DNA from: Patellaria atrata CBS 101060
Lineage: Eukaryota
Length of the DNA: 64,000 nt
Assembly (NCBI GenBank): GCA_010093705.1
Contig: MU006089.1
Span: 2,343,561-2,407,560 of the forward strand
Direction of reading: 5' to 3'
The position numbers were made by a program, and so were the translations under genes. The notes under the pieces are model-generated. The model had not been told where the DNA came from. It saw only the letters and a list, made by a program, of their open reading frames with translations, and ran no database searches. Below, piece by piece: positions 49,983 through 63,059 of this stretch; the stretch's first letter is position 1, and the number at the start of each line of letters is the position of its first letter.

Positions 49983-50936
49983 ATGTCTGCTAGTAATAAC
50001 ATCAAAGGGAAGCTTGCACTGATAACAGGTGCTTCGGGCGGGTAAATAGGACTGGATTCATCGTTAAGACGACTCTCTCTCTGACTCTATTCGTATAGAA
50101 TTGGAGCAGCTTGCGCAAAGAAACTTGCCCTACAAGATGTCGATCTAGCACTTACATACTCAACTAATCAGTTAGCGATTGAAGAGCTCGTTGCTCAAAT
50201 ACGTAAGGAGCATGAATGCGAGCGTCCAGACGCAGGTTACCTTCGGATCACAATACACAAAGTTGACCTCAGCTCTACCGAAGAGACAATCCAGCTCTGC
50301 GAAGATGTAAGAAAAGCGCATGGAAAGCCGGTCCAAATTCTCTTCAGTAATGCAGGATATGGAAAGAGAATTCAAGACATCTGGTCTGTCCCGTTCTCAT
50401 ACATGATGAGGACAAACTTGCTGACTGGTAACTCCAGGGATATCCCTATCGAAGAATTCGATTACACCCTGACGGTGAATCTCCGAGCGTCATTTCTTTT
50501 AGTAAAAGGCGTAGTTGAAGGTATGAAAACCAAACAATGGGGTCGCATCATTTTCTGTTCTTCTATCGCAGCATATGGCGCGGGAATCAATGGAGCGCGT
50601 AAGTCTCCCCAATACTTAAGTCTGAAAGTCTGAGAGGACCATCTCTCACCCTGATCAGACTACGCAGCCTCTAAAGGTGGGCTTACGGCCATGATGAAGA
50701 ACCTCGCAAGCCGGTTAGCTCCCTACAACATCACCGTTAACGATGTAGCTCCAGCAATGATTGGAGGTACTGGGATGATTCCGAACGGAAATATCGTTCC
50801 TGGTCTTGTCGACAGTATACCCATCGGACGTCTTGGTTTGCCTGAGGAAGTCGCAAACGTCGTACACATGTTCTGTACGACTGGATATGCCACTGGACAA
50901 AGTTTTCTCCTAGCTGGAGGACTCAATCATAAGTAG
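49983..50936 (+). CDS. Short-chain dehydrogenase/reductase (3-oxoacyl-ACP reductase-like), 4 exons
   Basis: LITGASGG|IG, FSNAG, SSIAA, HYAASKGG (YxxxK), NDVAPAMIGGTGM, GRLGLPEEVA. Confidence 0.92.
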
Positions 50937-52059
50937 AACTGGTCACTGACGGATGCAGCGATCTTTAACCATTTCTCTAAATCTTCTCCCCTACCTTGTT
51001 CCCTCCTTCAAGTTTGCCCTCCGCGTATCACACATATATTATCTAGTCAGGGTTTTGCCTTATCACTCGTAATTCCACCCTCTGTACGCTCTCGGCATTT
51101 GCGTTTTGCAGTTTCTAGCTCATTATAGTTCAATCGATTTAACCGTCTCTCCATCCTAGAATCGCCATCCAATTGCTGTCCACTTATTGTATGTGCCAGA
51201 TCTCCATTGGCCTGAGTCTACGTTCCAGTTTAACGGTTCGGTAAAATCGGGCGTATCCTCTAAAGTCATCGTGCAAGACAATAGGGCACTTCCAGGATAA
51301 TTTAAACCTATAATGTAGTACAATGAGGGTTTGAGATCTACGCCTTCCGTCGGTATAAATATCCTTTATAGAGAATTTCAATTTATACATCTATGCTACC
51401 AATGCAAATAGGCGGTTATACTTGGTTCTCGCCCAAGATGCTTACACTCTTCCAACCTTACCCATCGATTCCATCATTTACATCAAATAATTCTTATCGT
51501 TTCCCTCAAGGATTGTCCTCTCAATTTAGGAGCGTGCGTCGTTGCGGTTCGGACTGAAACAAGTCTCGGTATCGAATTGAATATATTCGAGTAACGACTG
51601 AGAATGATGGGCAGCTGAATGTGAGAGTTCACTCCAACTGAGTGAGCATACTATGTAGAAGTCAGTAACAATGAGTCAACAGATACTCATCGAATTGTGG
51701 TGGGCTCAAGAGGCTTACATAATATTGAGTTCTGCCGTCTTACGAACAAGGATTTTGATGGAAGCTCCCAGCCATTCTATCATTCGTTACCGATACAATC
51801 AAAGGAGGTCAGATAAAAGCACATTACATCTTGGTAGCTGTGGACCGGTCCGAATTGACATCTTTTAAGTGGCACCAAGGATTATGAATCCATTGCCAAG
51901 CTTTTTTCAAGCTGGAGCCTCCTTCAAGAGTTTTGGGATACAGTTTGGCCCCCACTGGAGTCAAAACTCCTATAATATATAAAATCCCTAGAACTTGTAA
52001 GATGATAATGTGCTACAACCCACAATTGTTGCTTCACGCTTGAGGAGCACGCCTGCAAC

Positions 52060-54418
52060 ATGGTTTTTGTACGCTCTTTCTTCGTTTCCCCTCTTGTCGT
52101 TTACTTACCTTCCTGCTTAGCCAGAAATGATAGAGAGGCACGATTTCAAGCTGCAGTCGGAAATTTCAGGATCCCGCTCAATGACCAGAGAGTTATTGAT
52201 AAGGTTAAAGTGAAAGAAGATAATCTGACAAACTTTGACTGTTTATGGAACAAGACAATTGAGTACTGGCTCGACAATGAACTTCCGCAGCAAGACGAGA
52301 ACAGCACCTTGTTTCAATTCGCGAACAGCTGTAGTATAGGCGAATATCACAATAACTTGACAGAAAACGCGGAAAGAAATCTTACTTGGTGGCTAGAATT
52401 ACCAGATTACAATAACGACTTCATTCTACTATGGAATGAGAGATATATCGACCTATCAGAAAGATATCTTACAGCGGTAGAAAACGAGTCACAAAACCTC
52501 CACTATGAGATTATGGGTTCCTATATGGGCATCGGTGAAAGCGTCAGCTGTAGTCCCCATATTGATCGCATCCTTGATGAGGCGAGTGAATGGGATAAAG
52601 CTGGTGCTGGAGCTGCAACAACACTGATGGCTCTTGTTCCTACATTTTTGGCATTTGGCAATCTGTGAGTCTTCTCAGTTAGGCCTTCCCTATTCCACCC
52701 TGTTACAGTCGGCGCTCCTTGATCGGTGTTCACTGGTTGTGGGAACGCTAGTGTCTGTCAAAGTCAACCGCTATCCCAAAGGTATACAGATATCAGCCTA
52801 TCCGTATAGTCTAGGCGTTTCCTATGGTCAGAGTAGCTGTACGGTTCATGACTGACAATGAACAGCTTTGTCCCCCGAAGTTCGGAAGCTTTCGCTACAA
52901 GCTGGCTTATTGGGTTCGGCGCTGCTCTCTATAGCTTTGGGCTTCCAGTTCGAAGTGTAAGTGGAATTCTCTTTTTATATATGTTCAGCAATTGCAGCTA
53001 GAGACACTCCTCAATTCCAAACTGACAAAGAGTATAGCGGCCTTCTGTGCCCAGGAAGAGGGTCACCGAATTAGGGACTTTCGGTATCGCACCGTTAGCG
53101 GAAATCGCAAAGTTGGGTGACAAAACCTGTCGGACCACTTTGGATTACCTGAGAAAATGGACACGATATACGGAACCAGTTGATGGCTTGAACTTGGCGC
53201 ACGGCCAAATGCCTGCGCATTATCAAGTCTTCGCAAATATTCGAAGTAAGGTGTTGGACCCAGAAGACATCAAGAAGCGCTGGCATTGGTGGCATATACC
53301 TTCCGTATTGATTGCAGCCAGCCAAGGTCTCATCTTCGGTTTTGTTGTTGAACCATTGTTTTCAGCTCCGGGAATTCCCAGATTTATGTTCGCTTGTGCG
53401 CATCAAAGGTACGTATCGTTCTTTCCGTGACTGTGTATCTTAGAACACTATTCTGACTGACTCCCTGCAATAGCTGGACCGGTCTGTACCTGGCAATTAG
53501 TGCACTTGCAAATGCTTGCTTTCGTCTAGCTCTGTGGCAGCTAGCTGATCATGAAGTTGTCACTAGTAAGTTGCCCCTCAGATAAAACAACTCTTCGGTA
53601 GATTGGCTTACAGCGATGTAGTCTATCCGATATCGCCTGAAACAAAGTCATCTCTTGACAACCTCATTCCTAAAGAATCAGAAAATAACGAAGAGGGAAG
53701 TACGGCTGTTGAGTTGCCTCCTCTCTATGCGCCCTTGGTCTATAAATTACGTTCCTTTATCCCTAGTTTTTCGAGAGCGGGAACTTTGGAGCAGAAACAA
53801 CTTTTGGAGCATCCATCAGGAGCGATACTGGACCCTGTGAAAGAGCAGGTGGTCTACTTGAAGGCTCTTCTCAAACATCCCATGTCGCTCTTTCAGGGAA
53901 GCGCGTCCGGTGTAGCTCGTCGATATCGTCCGCTTATTCTTCTAATACATCTCTCAACGGAAGGCCGACCGCAACTAAGAACACTATTTACGGGCTTTTG
54001 CGAAGCTACATTACTATTAGTGTTGACCTTTTTCTTTGCCGCACAGTGGGGAGGTAATCTGTACATTACAGTTTGGGCCCTTGGACTTCTGCTCCTCTTT
54101 ATAACCGTTGGACGAGCACTCGCATTCATCTATGTCTGGATCAGCGCGCAGACATGGGGTCTCCATGTCATCAACTGTGACGAGAGCGACGAAATCTTAG
54201 GTTGTTTAAGAATTGTATGCAGCATGGAAGATGTCCTGGTAATCGTGAACGGCGCTCACTACTACAATGGCTATCGTCTCAATTTCTTGCCAGAGTTCAG
54301 CCAGTGGAGACTGCATTATGCAGCCGGCAAATTTGATGGAGAGATATCCGAAGCAAAAGTGAACAGTACCGAGGAAGACTTAAAGCAAAATATCTCACTA
54401 TCCCAAATGCCGGTTTAG
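52060..54418 (+). CDS. Multi-exon integral membrane protein of unknown function
   Basis: Signal peptide, N-glycosylation-site-rich luminal N-terminal domain, several hydrophobic segments. ORF pieces 52060-52664, ~52866-52955, ~53038-53408, ~53474-53565, ~53614-54418 are separated by GT-AG introns (internal boundaries approximate). Confidence 0.7.
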
Positions 54419-55797
54419 GTCATAGCATGATGGGTCTCCGGGGTGCTGTCTACATTCGACAACTACATAACTACATTATTCAAGTTCTAATAGGGTTATT
54501 TCAGGTTTCCATACTTCTCTGTTTTTGCAGAACTACATGTCTCAAGGAAGGCTGAGCTCAGACTGCAAATATCATGACTACAAAGTATCCCGATACAATG
54601 ACAGTTATCACCACCCACGTTCACGAAACATTTTGTGTCCACACTCTCGGGTTGTAAATCAAGCCTTTCTAGTGGAAAAGATGATTTATCCGGATATTAG
54701 GATATGTGGTAAAGGGACTCGCATGCGAGATGCGAGCAAAACCGGTGAAGATAGAATATCAGTAGCTGAATCTGGAATGAAGATGCGAGGAGATTATACG
54801 TGCGGTCCAATATTAGACGCCCGGAGGCGTACTGAGTGGGTGCATCCCACATGTTACCAAAACAATTTCGCACCGCATAATCGCGACGTTGCTGCCTGTC
54901 CAATGTTTTGAGATCAACCAATGCAAGTTTTCGTGAAGGCTGGGGAAACAGGCGGTCCCTTTGGTCATTGGAAAGCCTCATAGGTAGGCAAATCAAGGCA
55001 AGGTTTGCGGTCCGGAGTCTCATCGGATGAGCCGGTAAGTTAGGACTAGTGCCGGTTCAACATATGCTCCGAGTAACGCTTCGTGCAACTTCATGTCCAG
55101 CTTTTCATCCCTAACCTAATCGTTTTACATCTTGAAACGCAAACAGACTCTCGGAGGGGACTCGTGGTACCTTGTGCTTCTCCAAAAACATCCAGCTGGC
55201 CTCATCGTACGGTGGCAGCAAGCCCGCATAACTACTCCTAGAACCGTCGTAGGAGAGATCTCTGGAGTAGTATTTCACAAAAGATTCCAACTTCAACAGC
55301 TTTGTATTAGAGTCTAATATGAGGGAACCGAAGGTTCCGAAAAGCCCAAGATTTATTCGCCGGTATTAATATCAATATTTCACCCCTGTCCAAGTGGTCC
55401 CAGCCGCACGCAGTCTTGCGAAGCTGCGGTTTCCCCACGTTCAATAAGCAACGGACTTTGCGCGCATACTAAGGGTTTGTTTTACCATCCATACCCCCCA
55501 AAATGGGGACACTACCAATGATTAACTCCCAAGAGACTTTATTCTGGTCTTTTCCTGCGTGGTCCATTTCACAAGGCGCATTCCACCCCCCAGAAACATA
55601 GCCTTGTAGGCAAGAAAGTAGAAATGCTCGAAGTGATACTGCAAGGACGGAGTATTATAAGAATCAGGCTCGACCCACCCAACGGTCATTTTACCATAAC
55701 TTGAGATCTGCCCTGGGATATTCTATATGGGAAGTATCTCATCATATTATTGGTCTTATTTTCAAATTCTCCACAATCAGCCACAGGCATTTGGACT

Positions 55798-57318
55798 ATG
55801 GCGGGAGGCTTTTATGCCCCTCTGTCTCAGTGGAAAGCCTGGCCACATCATAACTGGGTCAATCCAGAGAAAAGAGGATGGGGCCTTAGTATCCTTGTTA
55901 TCATTCTGTCAGTGCTTACAATTTCTGTTGTTTGTGCCAGACTCTGGGCTCGTATGAGATTGCAACGCAATGCCGGAGTGGACGATGTTCTTATCACAAT
56001 TGCTGTCGTATGTGCTCAGCGAGCTGTCTAAACAGATTCATAGGTCTGACCAAGCTTTAGATACCAATGTTGGGACTAGACGTGTCCACAATCCTCGGTA
56101 TGACGCTCAGGGACACTCCAAGAAACATCGATGAATATATAAACGCTAATGCCATCAATTTAGGATCAAGGATATATGGATTGGGACTTCATCTATACGA
56201 TCAAACACCTGTTACAGCATTACAGAGTCCTAAGGTGAGAACGAGCATTTGCCCATCGAGCCCTCTATTTCTACCCCCTATCTTTCACTGTTCAAATATA
56301 CCAGCATCTTTCAAATTCAATATCTAATCATATTCTGATTATTCAATGTAGATCAGTCTAGTAATCGAGATCTTCTATATCTTCTGCACAGGCCTAACGA
56401 AAATCTCGATCCTTTGTCTCTACCAACGCCTAGCTCCCCATAAAGTCGCCCAATCGTTCATTTACAAGACCTGGGCCTGCATCGCCTTCATTATCGCATA
56501 CGTGATCACCTTCCTCTTCGTCAGGAGTTTCGGCTGCAAGCCTATCTCCGCCTTCTGGTACCGTCAGATCCCACAATGGCGCGCAACCCACGAGTTCTCC
56601 TGCCTCGATGACGCTGCGGTCTACTTCACCGCCGGCTCCATCAGCGTCGTGCAGGATATTCTCGCCGTTATTCTTCCCATGATTCTCGTATGGAAATTAC
56701 AGATGACACGGCGTCAAAAGATAGCCGTTGGAATCATCTTCAGTCTCGGTATAGTGTAAGTTATCACCCCACTATTCAGCATCAGCCAGCAAATAAAGAT
56801 TCCCCATCACATGAAAACTTCAACTCACAAAACACAGCACCTGCATAACCTGCGCAATGCGTCTGATCTACCTCCACCGCATCCTCTACACCACCTACGA
56901 CATAAGCTGGGAGAGCGAATCCGCCTGGGTTTGGACGGCCGTGGAAGTTCATCTCGGCATGATCTGCGCCTCTGCACCAGCTCTGCGCTTCTTCTTCGGC
57001 CGCTTCTTCGAGAAGTCGCGCTCGCGCTCTCCGTCTTCCACGTCCCGCCGCTCCACCATCACCGACATCGGCTCGATGCTCAAGTCGATGCTGCGGCCGT
57101 CGGTGAGCTCGCGCACCACTGCTAGTAGTAACGCTACCGTGCCGGTTAGCGAGGCGTTGGGGTTTAAGGAGATGAGCGGGTGGTCGAGTGAGGTTTTGGG
57201 TTCGAGGGATACGTGTGTGAGTAACACTGTTGTCGATGACTCTGATGAGCAGATTTCGCCGGCGCTGACGCCGGGGGAGAGGAGTATTAATGTTCAGAGG
57301 ACGTTTAATGTTGTTTGA
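55798..57318 (+). CDS. PTH11-like GPCR (fungal rhodopsin domain, no CFEM), multi-exon
   Basis: W..HNWVNPE.RG, ARLWAR...G.DD, GLTKISIL.LY.RL, CKPISAFW, D...VILPM..VWKLQM..RQK, WTAVEVHLGMICASAPALR. Confidence 0.9.
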
Positions 57319-57899
57319 TTTATTTTTTTCTGTATCATGTCTAATAATTGCTTTTTCCGGAGTATTTCAACGTGTATTCCTTTGTCGAATTTCTTTTTTC
57401 TTTTTTTTGGGAAGGAGATGGAGCAGGCGTTCCTCGCGATTAGGTCTCATCTCGATCTGGCTTACCAATGACTACTGTACTCTTCCAAAAGTTTACGACG
57501 GCGGTTTTCTCCTTTTTTGGTCAGCTTTTCTGGTACAGTCAGATATAGTACTTGTACCCCCTAGTTTATTTGGTCTAATTTCTTGAATTGAGTGGTGTTT
57601 TATCGACACCCAAGAAGGAACATAGCATAACAGGACAGAAAACCCAATATCCTCCCTGAAAAACAATACATAAACGATATCACACAAACAACAGTAACAA
57701 TTCTCCCACGACTAAACCGTATGTTAGTATAAAACTTGGGACTGTGATTTTGATACCTCCCCTTCCCCTACCCCCCTCCAAAAAAAAAAAAAAAGAAAAA
57801 AAGGGAAAGAGACTAACCCAAAGAGGCAGTCAAAACTTTTCATTATAAAGGGCGTGTAAAATCAGGTATACCGTTGCAAAATACTAGCTTAACTTGAGG

Positions 57900-58080
57900 T
57901 CGTATCTGAACGAGCACAAATCTGAACCGTATCTGGTGCCGTATCCGAGCACGAATTTGAACCGTATCTGACGCCGTATCTGAGCACGTGTTGGAGCTGA
58001 ATCTGAAGACCTATCTGAAGACGTATCTGAGTAGAAATCTGAAAACGTATCTAAGCACAAATCTGAGCATGAATTGGAGC
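57900..58080. repeat. Degenerate 12-bp-period minisatellite (consensus ~gtatctgagcac/gtatctgaagac)
   Basis: Repeated atctga core at 12-bp spacing. Confidence 0.75.
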
Positions 58081-58878
58081 TACCGCCATAGATTTGAGGT
58101 GAAGCGTTGAAAACGGTAATAAAACGGAAGGAGACCCCGCCACTAGAGGGTAGGTATGAGGTATACTTTATTTAACTGTCCCTTTAGGATAGTTCCCTTC
58201 CCTTTTTAGAGGGGGTGTCAATCTAGTAACGAGGGGTTGTCAACGTATAAAAAGGTGGGTGACAAAATAACAGTCCCCTAAAACTTAAAGCTCAGCTTCA
58301 CCATACAGATTGTCGAGATTCTTGAATGGGACAGAGTAGACAACCGTCCGATATACGTACAGAAGCGGTAAAGCGAGCCAGAACTCCAAAACCGACGAAG
58401 GAGTCCGCCGTACATTGTTGGAGACTCCATTGGGGGTAGCAGTAGACAGTATCTCCTTATCCGCACAAACGCTGTACAGAAATCGAGCCCTCCGCACCCG
58501 TGTTTGAGCTTTGCGTACAACTCATGTAAATCGTACAATCGTACAATATTGATGGCATATCGTCGAATGTACAGTAACTGTACAGGAACCGAGGAGTTTA
58601 GAACTAAGACAGCAACGAGGTATATGCATTTGAAAAAAAGTTGTGTATCTGATGCATTCAATTTATACGAGTATCACTACGAGACTGTAAGGAAGAAAAA
58701 TCCATCCCATCCCAACCTGAACCAGCATATACTCTATGCAATGCAACGATCCGTAAAGCTATAACAATAATAGCCATGATAACCTAAATTTGAACGAATA
58801 AATATCAAACACCCAAATAGACAATGACATCGACACTAGCGTGAACTACGTTCAACCGGACCCACCAAACTAAATGAT

Positions 58879-60627
58879 TTACTTCGAGCTCCTGTGTCTA
58901 GCGAACTCCTCCAAGAAGTCCCTCATCTCATCGACGACCAAGTCCTCGACATCCTCTGTAAGCTTCTCGATCTTGGTAGCGAACCTGTCAGACGTTCTAT
59001 GGGCTTTGTTACCGAAGGACTCAAGCTCAGCTTCAAGTTGGCGTTCGAGTTCCTCGATATGAGCAGGAATAGTATAATCGACCTTAGGTACGGAGATGAC
59101 GGTATCCTCTTCGACCTCGTTACGGGCAACGGTGTAGCCACCCTTCTCAACGATGTCGGTGTAGTTGGAGGACCCACCACCATTCCAGGCAAGGATCTTT
59201 AATTATGTTAGCATTTTACGTAAATAGTGAACGGCAAATATTGCATATACGTACGTTCTTGGTGTTGCTTGGAACCTCGCTCAAAGCATCAACGGTACCG
59301 ATAGCAATAAGGGCTTCCTTCAGCTTCTTGGGGGTAATCTCAGCAACAGCATAAGCTGAATCACTGGAAGGTTGGAGCGAGAGAAGGTAAGCAAGGAGAC
59401 CGGCAATATGAGGAGATGCCATAGAGGTTCCGGAGATGGTGTTAACGGCGTGATCACTGCCAATCCAAGTGGAGAGGATGCTCAAACCGGGAGCGAAGAT
59501 ATCGTTGCACGGGCCGTAGTTGGAGAAGTAAGCGCGCTCGTCGGGAAGAGAGGAAGCACCAACGGTTACGGCCTTCTCAGCTGCAGCAGGGGAGTAGTTG
59601 CATGAGTCAGCGTTGTCATTACCGGCGGCGACGGCGAAGTGAATGCCGACATCAACAGCAGCATTAACAGCGAGATCGAGGGTGACGGACTTCCCACCAC
59701 CCAAGCTCATGTTAGCAGCGCTTCCCTTGAAGCCCTTCTTGCCTTTGCCCTTCTTAGCAGCTTCGACCTTGTTGGAGTGTTGTTCTGCGGCATATTCGAC
59801 GCCCTTGACAACATCAGACATAGATCCGGAACCGTTTGAACGAAGAACCTTGACGGCATAAATATTCGCCTTCTTTGCAACACCGTACTTCTTGCCGCCA
59901 ACTGTGCCGGAGCAATGAGTTCCGTGCCCATTGCCGTCCTCATCAGCATCGTTGGTCGGGATGGTCTTTCCCCAGTGGGCACGACCCTCGAAGTCAACGT
60001 GGTTGATGTTGGTACCGGTATCGATGACATAAACGTCAACACCCTCACCACCATCAGAGGCATAAAGGTATTTGTTGAATGTACCGAAGCTAAGAGCTTT
60101 CCTGTGAGAAATACGAGCTAAGCCCCAAGGAGCGTTCTTCTCGGTGGTGCCCTCATCCATAGTGTGGACCTCAGAGTCTTTCTCGATGTAGTCAACCTAG
60201 TGGATGCGTATTAGCAAGGAGAATATAACGGGCTCGTAGGAGCTTAGAGCTTCATGTGGCAACTTACATCTGGGTGGTTGGCGACCTGCCTGATGGTCTC
60301 CTCGTCGAAATGACCTGAGTATCCTAATAGGTCTCCAATCCTGTAGGTATGTTTGAAACCCTCGAAGTCTACGAGAGGAACTTGAGAGCGCTTGCGGAGC
60401 TCCATCCTTTCGGACTCAGCACCAGCATGGAGCTCTTGCACCCAACTATGATGGGAAAGAGCAGCAGACTGAGTCACATGCTTCTTGAAGACGACCATAT
60501 ACGAGTCCGGAATGTGTTTAGCATTCTCAGAGGTGACGATAGGAGCTGGTTCACTCCGTGCCTGGAGAGGAGAGCAGGACACGAGGCCCCAGCCAAGCGC
60601 CAGCGATAAGGCAGCTACGGCCTTCAT
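58879..60627 (-). CDS. PRB1: Vacuolar subtilisin-like serine protease (proteinase B/PepC type), 3 exons
   Basis: Signal peptide and I9 propeptide; catalytic VIDTG, GHGTHCSG, SGTSMASPH; ILAWNGGGSSNY and acidic C-terminal extension typical of vacuolar forms. Confidence 0.95.
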
Positions 60628-61173
60628 GATGTAGAGAACAAAGAGAAGAAGTGCAGATGGAATGTAATGAGAAGAGTTATATGGAGATGAAGATGGAGAT
60701 GGGAGATGAAAGTGTTTAGATGGGAAATGGGAGGAATAAGAGGAGGAGGTGTTGATGGTCAGAAGGTAGGTAGCTGGGGAGACGTAGAGAGGTCTGAGGG
60801 TGGAGCTTATCGAGGCAAGCGTGGCGCATGATGCATCACCGTATCGGAGGTTGTCGTGCTTGTTTGGGGGGGGGCTTGGGGGTTATCCCTTAGCTCCCTT
60901 GCGTAGATACACGTGACATGGTTTCTGTTCCGCTCTCATGCCGGTGACTTTTCCAGACATCACTTTATTAGCTTACAAGGGTTAAGGTAGCCACTAGCTT
61001 CCTTTGCTCTCCCGAGTTCCCCGTCAAGAATACGGGTCACGTGCAGCGATTGTTAACGTCAGCTTGTCCTTGAGCAATCATCATATTATATCTATATGGA
61101 AGTTTGATATCAAAATGAGTCGTATTGGGCTCTTGCTATTCCGCAAATATAAGAGCTCATGGGTATCATCATA

Positions 61174-61347
61174 GGTACCATACCGCCAAACTCCCTCCTT
61201 ATGTCCTTCCTATGAAATCGCCTAGTTACAGAGGGTATCATGCCGTCAAACTCCCTTCTAATGTTCATCCTAAGAACTCGCTCTCCTAGTCGAAAAAGGT
61301 ACCATACCGCCAAAATTCCGCCCTAATGTCCATCTCGTGAACCCGCC
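61174..61347. repeat. Three degenerate tandem copies of a ~60-64 bp unit
   Basis: ggta(c/t)cat(a/g)ccg(c/t)caaa at 61174, 61234, 61298, each followed by ...atgt(c/t)c..c...gaa.(t/c)cgc. Confidence 0.8.
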
Positions 61348-61420
61348 CTATGGAACACGCATTGTCAAAGTGATGAGCTCCAGAGTAATACGTAGAAACC
61401 AGCTAGGAGTGTTGTACTAT

Positions 61421-62506
61421 TTAGGGTATGCGGGCAACCCAGCCAAACGCTAATGCCCACTCAGGAATCTTGGGTACAGGTGGAATTGCTCCATCTTCTT
61501 CTCCCATTCCCATCTTAGCACCATTATCGTTCGCTACTCCAGCTGTGATCCAATTTCCTCTTGGTCCTTGAATGAATCCAGCTTCAAGCTTCGTTACCGC
61601 GTCATCTGCATCCTCGCGGTCAGCAAAGAGGCCCACCTCCTTATCCGTTTCAGTATTTGTGACGAGATAAGCACCGTCGTCTAGAGTTATCACATAGATC
61701 GATGCATTGGGTGCGCATCTTCTCCGAGCAGAGGGAAGCGGTGAGCTAAGACGTCTTCGCGGCTGTGGTTCTTCTGAAATCTCGGGACACCTTCCTCTGG
61801 AATATGAGGAAACGCGGCTTGAGCTCGAGGTAGATGACTTGTCGAAGTGCTTAGGAAGGTTTGTGTTCGAATGTGGTTGACCAGCCTGCTTATATTTGGT
61901 AGAATGAGGAACCTCCACTGAGTCAAAAGAGGATATGGAGGTCAACGTATGGTCTTTCTCCTCATCGTTGTCGGTGGACCCTCCATCGGAATATTCTGAC
62001 TCGGTATCAGAGTCGGAGTCGAGAGAACTACCCTCATCATCGCTATCAGAGTCGCATCCAGAACCACTGTCTTCATCGTCGGCTTCGAATACTATGAACG
62101 CATCATCGGATAGATCGTACTGACATGCATCTTGTCCTGTCGCGTTGCTTTCGGTGATCTCCGACTCGGTATCAAAATCATCATCGTCTGTTTTCGAATC
62201 GAACTCAGAATCACTTTCATCGTCATCTGCTTCGAAAATTATGAAGTTATCGTCAAAATGATCCTGCTGGGGATTTTCCTGTTCGGAAGCGCTGTAACAA
62301 ACGCTGCTGGGATCGCTGGCCTTCATTGACTGGACTGTAATTACAGGGACGCGTGCGGCTGGTCGAAGGTTGCGCACTACTACTGCAGAGAATGCAGTGC
62401 AACGAAAATGGGGTCTAACTGTTGTGCGCCGTACTTTCTTTGCTCGAGCGACAAAGATGCTCTTATTTTTGGCCATCTTCCTTGTTCGTGGTTGCGGTTG
62501 TGCCAT
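61421..62506 (-). CDS. Hypothetical protein, basic N-terminus and Asp/Glu/Ser-rich middle
   Basis: Long uninterrupted ORF, first ATG at 62506; duplicated DDxFI(I/V)FEADD motif. Confidence 0.65.
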   Translation of the reverse strand: MAQPQPRTRKMAKNKSIFVARAKKVRRTTVRPHFRCTAFSAVVVRNLRPAARVPVITVQSMKASDPSSVCYSASEQENPQQDHFDDNFIIFEADDDESDSEFDSKTDDDDFDTESEITESNATGQDACQYDLSDDAFIVFEADDEDSGSGCDSDSDDEGSSLDSDSDTESEYSDGGSTDNDEEKDHTLTSISSFDSVEVPHSTKYKQAGQPHSNTNLPKHFDKSSTSSSSRVSSYSRGRCPEISEEPQPRRRLSSPLPSARRRCAPNASIYVITLDDGAYLVTNTETDKEVGLFADREDADDAVTKLEAGFIQGPRGNWITAGVANDNGAKMGMGEEDGAIPPVPKIPEWALAFGWVARIP

Positions 62507-62937
62507 TGTTCGGTCGTAGATTCGTTGTTCTTGTTTGCGATAGAAAGAAAGTGTCAAAAAAGTGGTTATAAAGACCTCGCCGTAAAAGTAGCGTGCGATT
62601 TTGCGACTCGTTCGCTGCGTTGTTCACTGGGGCAAGGTCTTTCGGATATAGAAGAGGTATGGTATAGGAGCGAGGAGTGACGTCGAAGTCAAAGTGTGAG
62701 CTGGTCACTGAAGGTTAGGTTCGGGACCTGTGAATGTTCCGAATTGGGAAATAATGACTATTCCTAAGCGGAGATTGGTCGACATAACAACCAGCCTTCT
62801 GTCAAACCAGACTCGTCCGGTGACAATGGAACTATTCCGCAGTGAGGATACAATACGGTATTGCCATAGTAAATACTGAATTTTCTTTGAAATTTGCCCC
62901 TTTTCTACCTTTCCGCCCTACCTTATGTACTAATGTA

Positions 62938-63059
62938 CGAGCCCAGTTGCTAATGCAAGCATATGCCCGCTTTTGGAGTGGTCGTTTCCCAAAGCGAGCA
63001 AAATTTGAGACTGACTTTGGGCTGATCAGCGACTTGGCCTGTATTAGTAACTGGGCTCG
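62938..63059. mobile_element. MITE (Tc1/mariner-type), 122 bp, TA target-site duplication
   Basis: TIRs CGAGCCCAGTTGCTAATGCAAGC / GCCTGTATTAGTAACTGGGCTCG (20 of 23 match), flanked by TA on both sides. Confidence 0.8.

Noticed and set aside
50934..51128. Stop-codon readthrough of the SDR into a frame ending in -SSL
   Set aside because: The stop context is TAG-AAC rather than TGA-CTA, the extension is long, and SSL is a weak PTS1.
54697..55296. Possible pseudogene fragments on the minus strand
   Set aside because: No recognisable homology or consistent splice structure.
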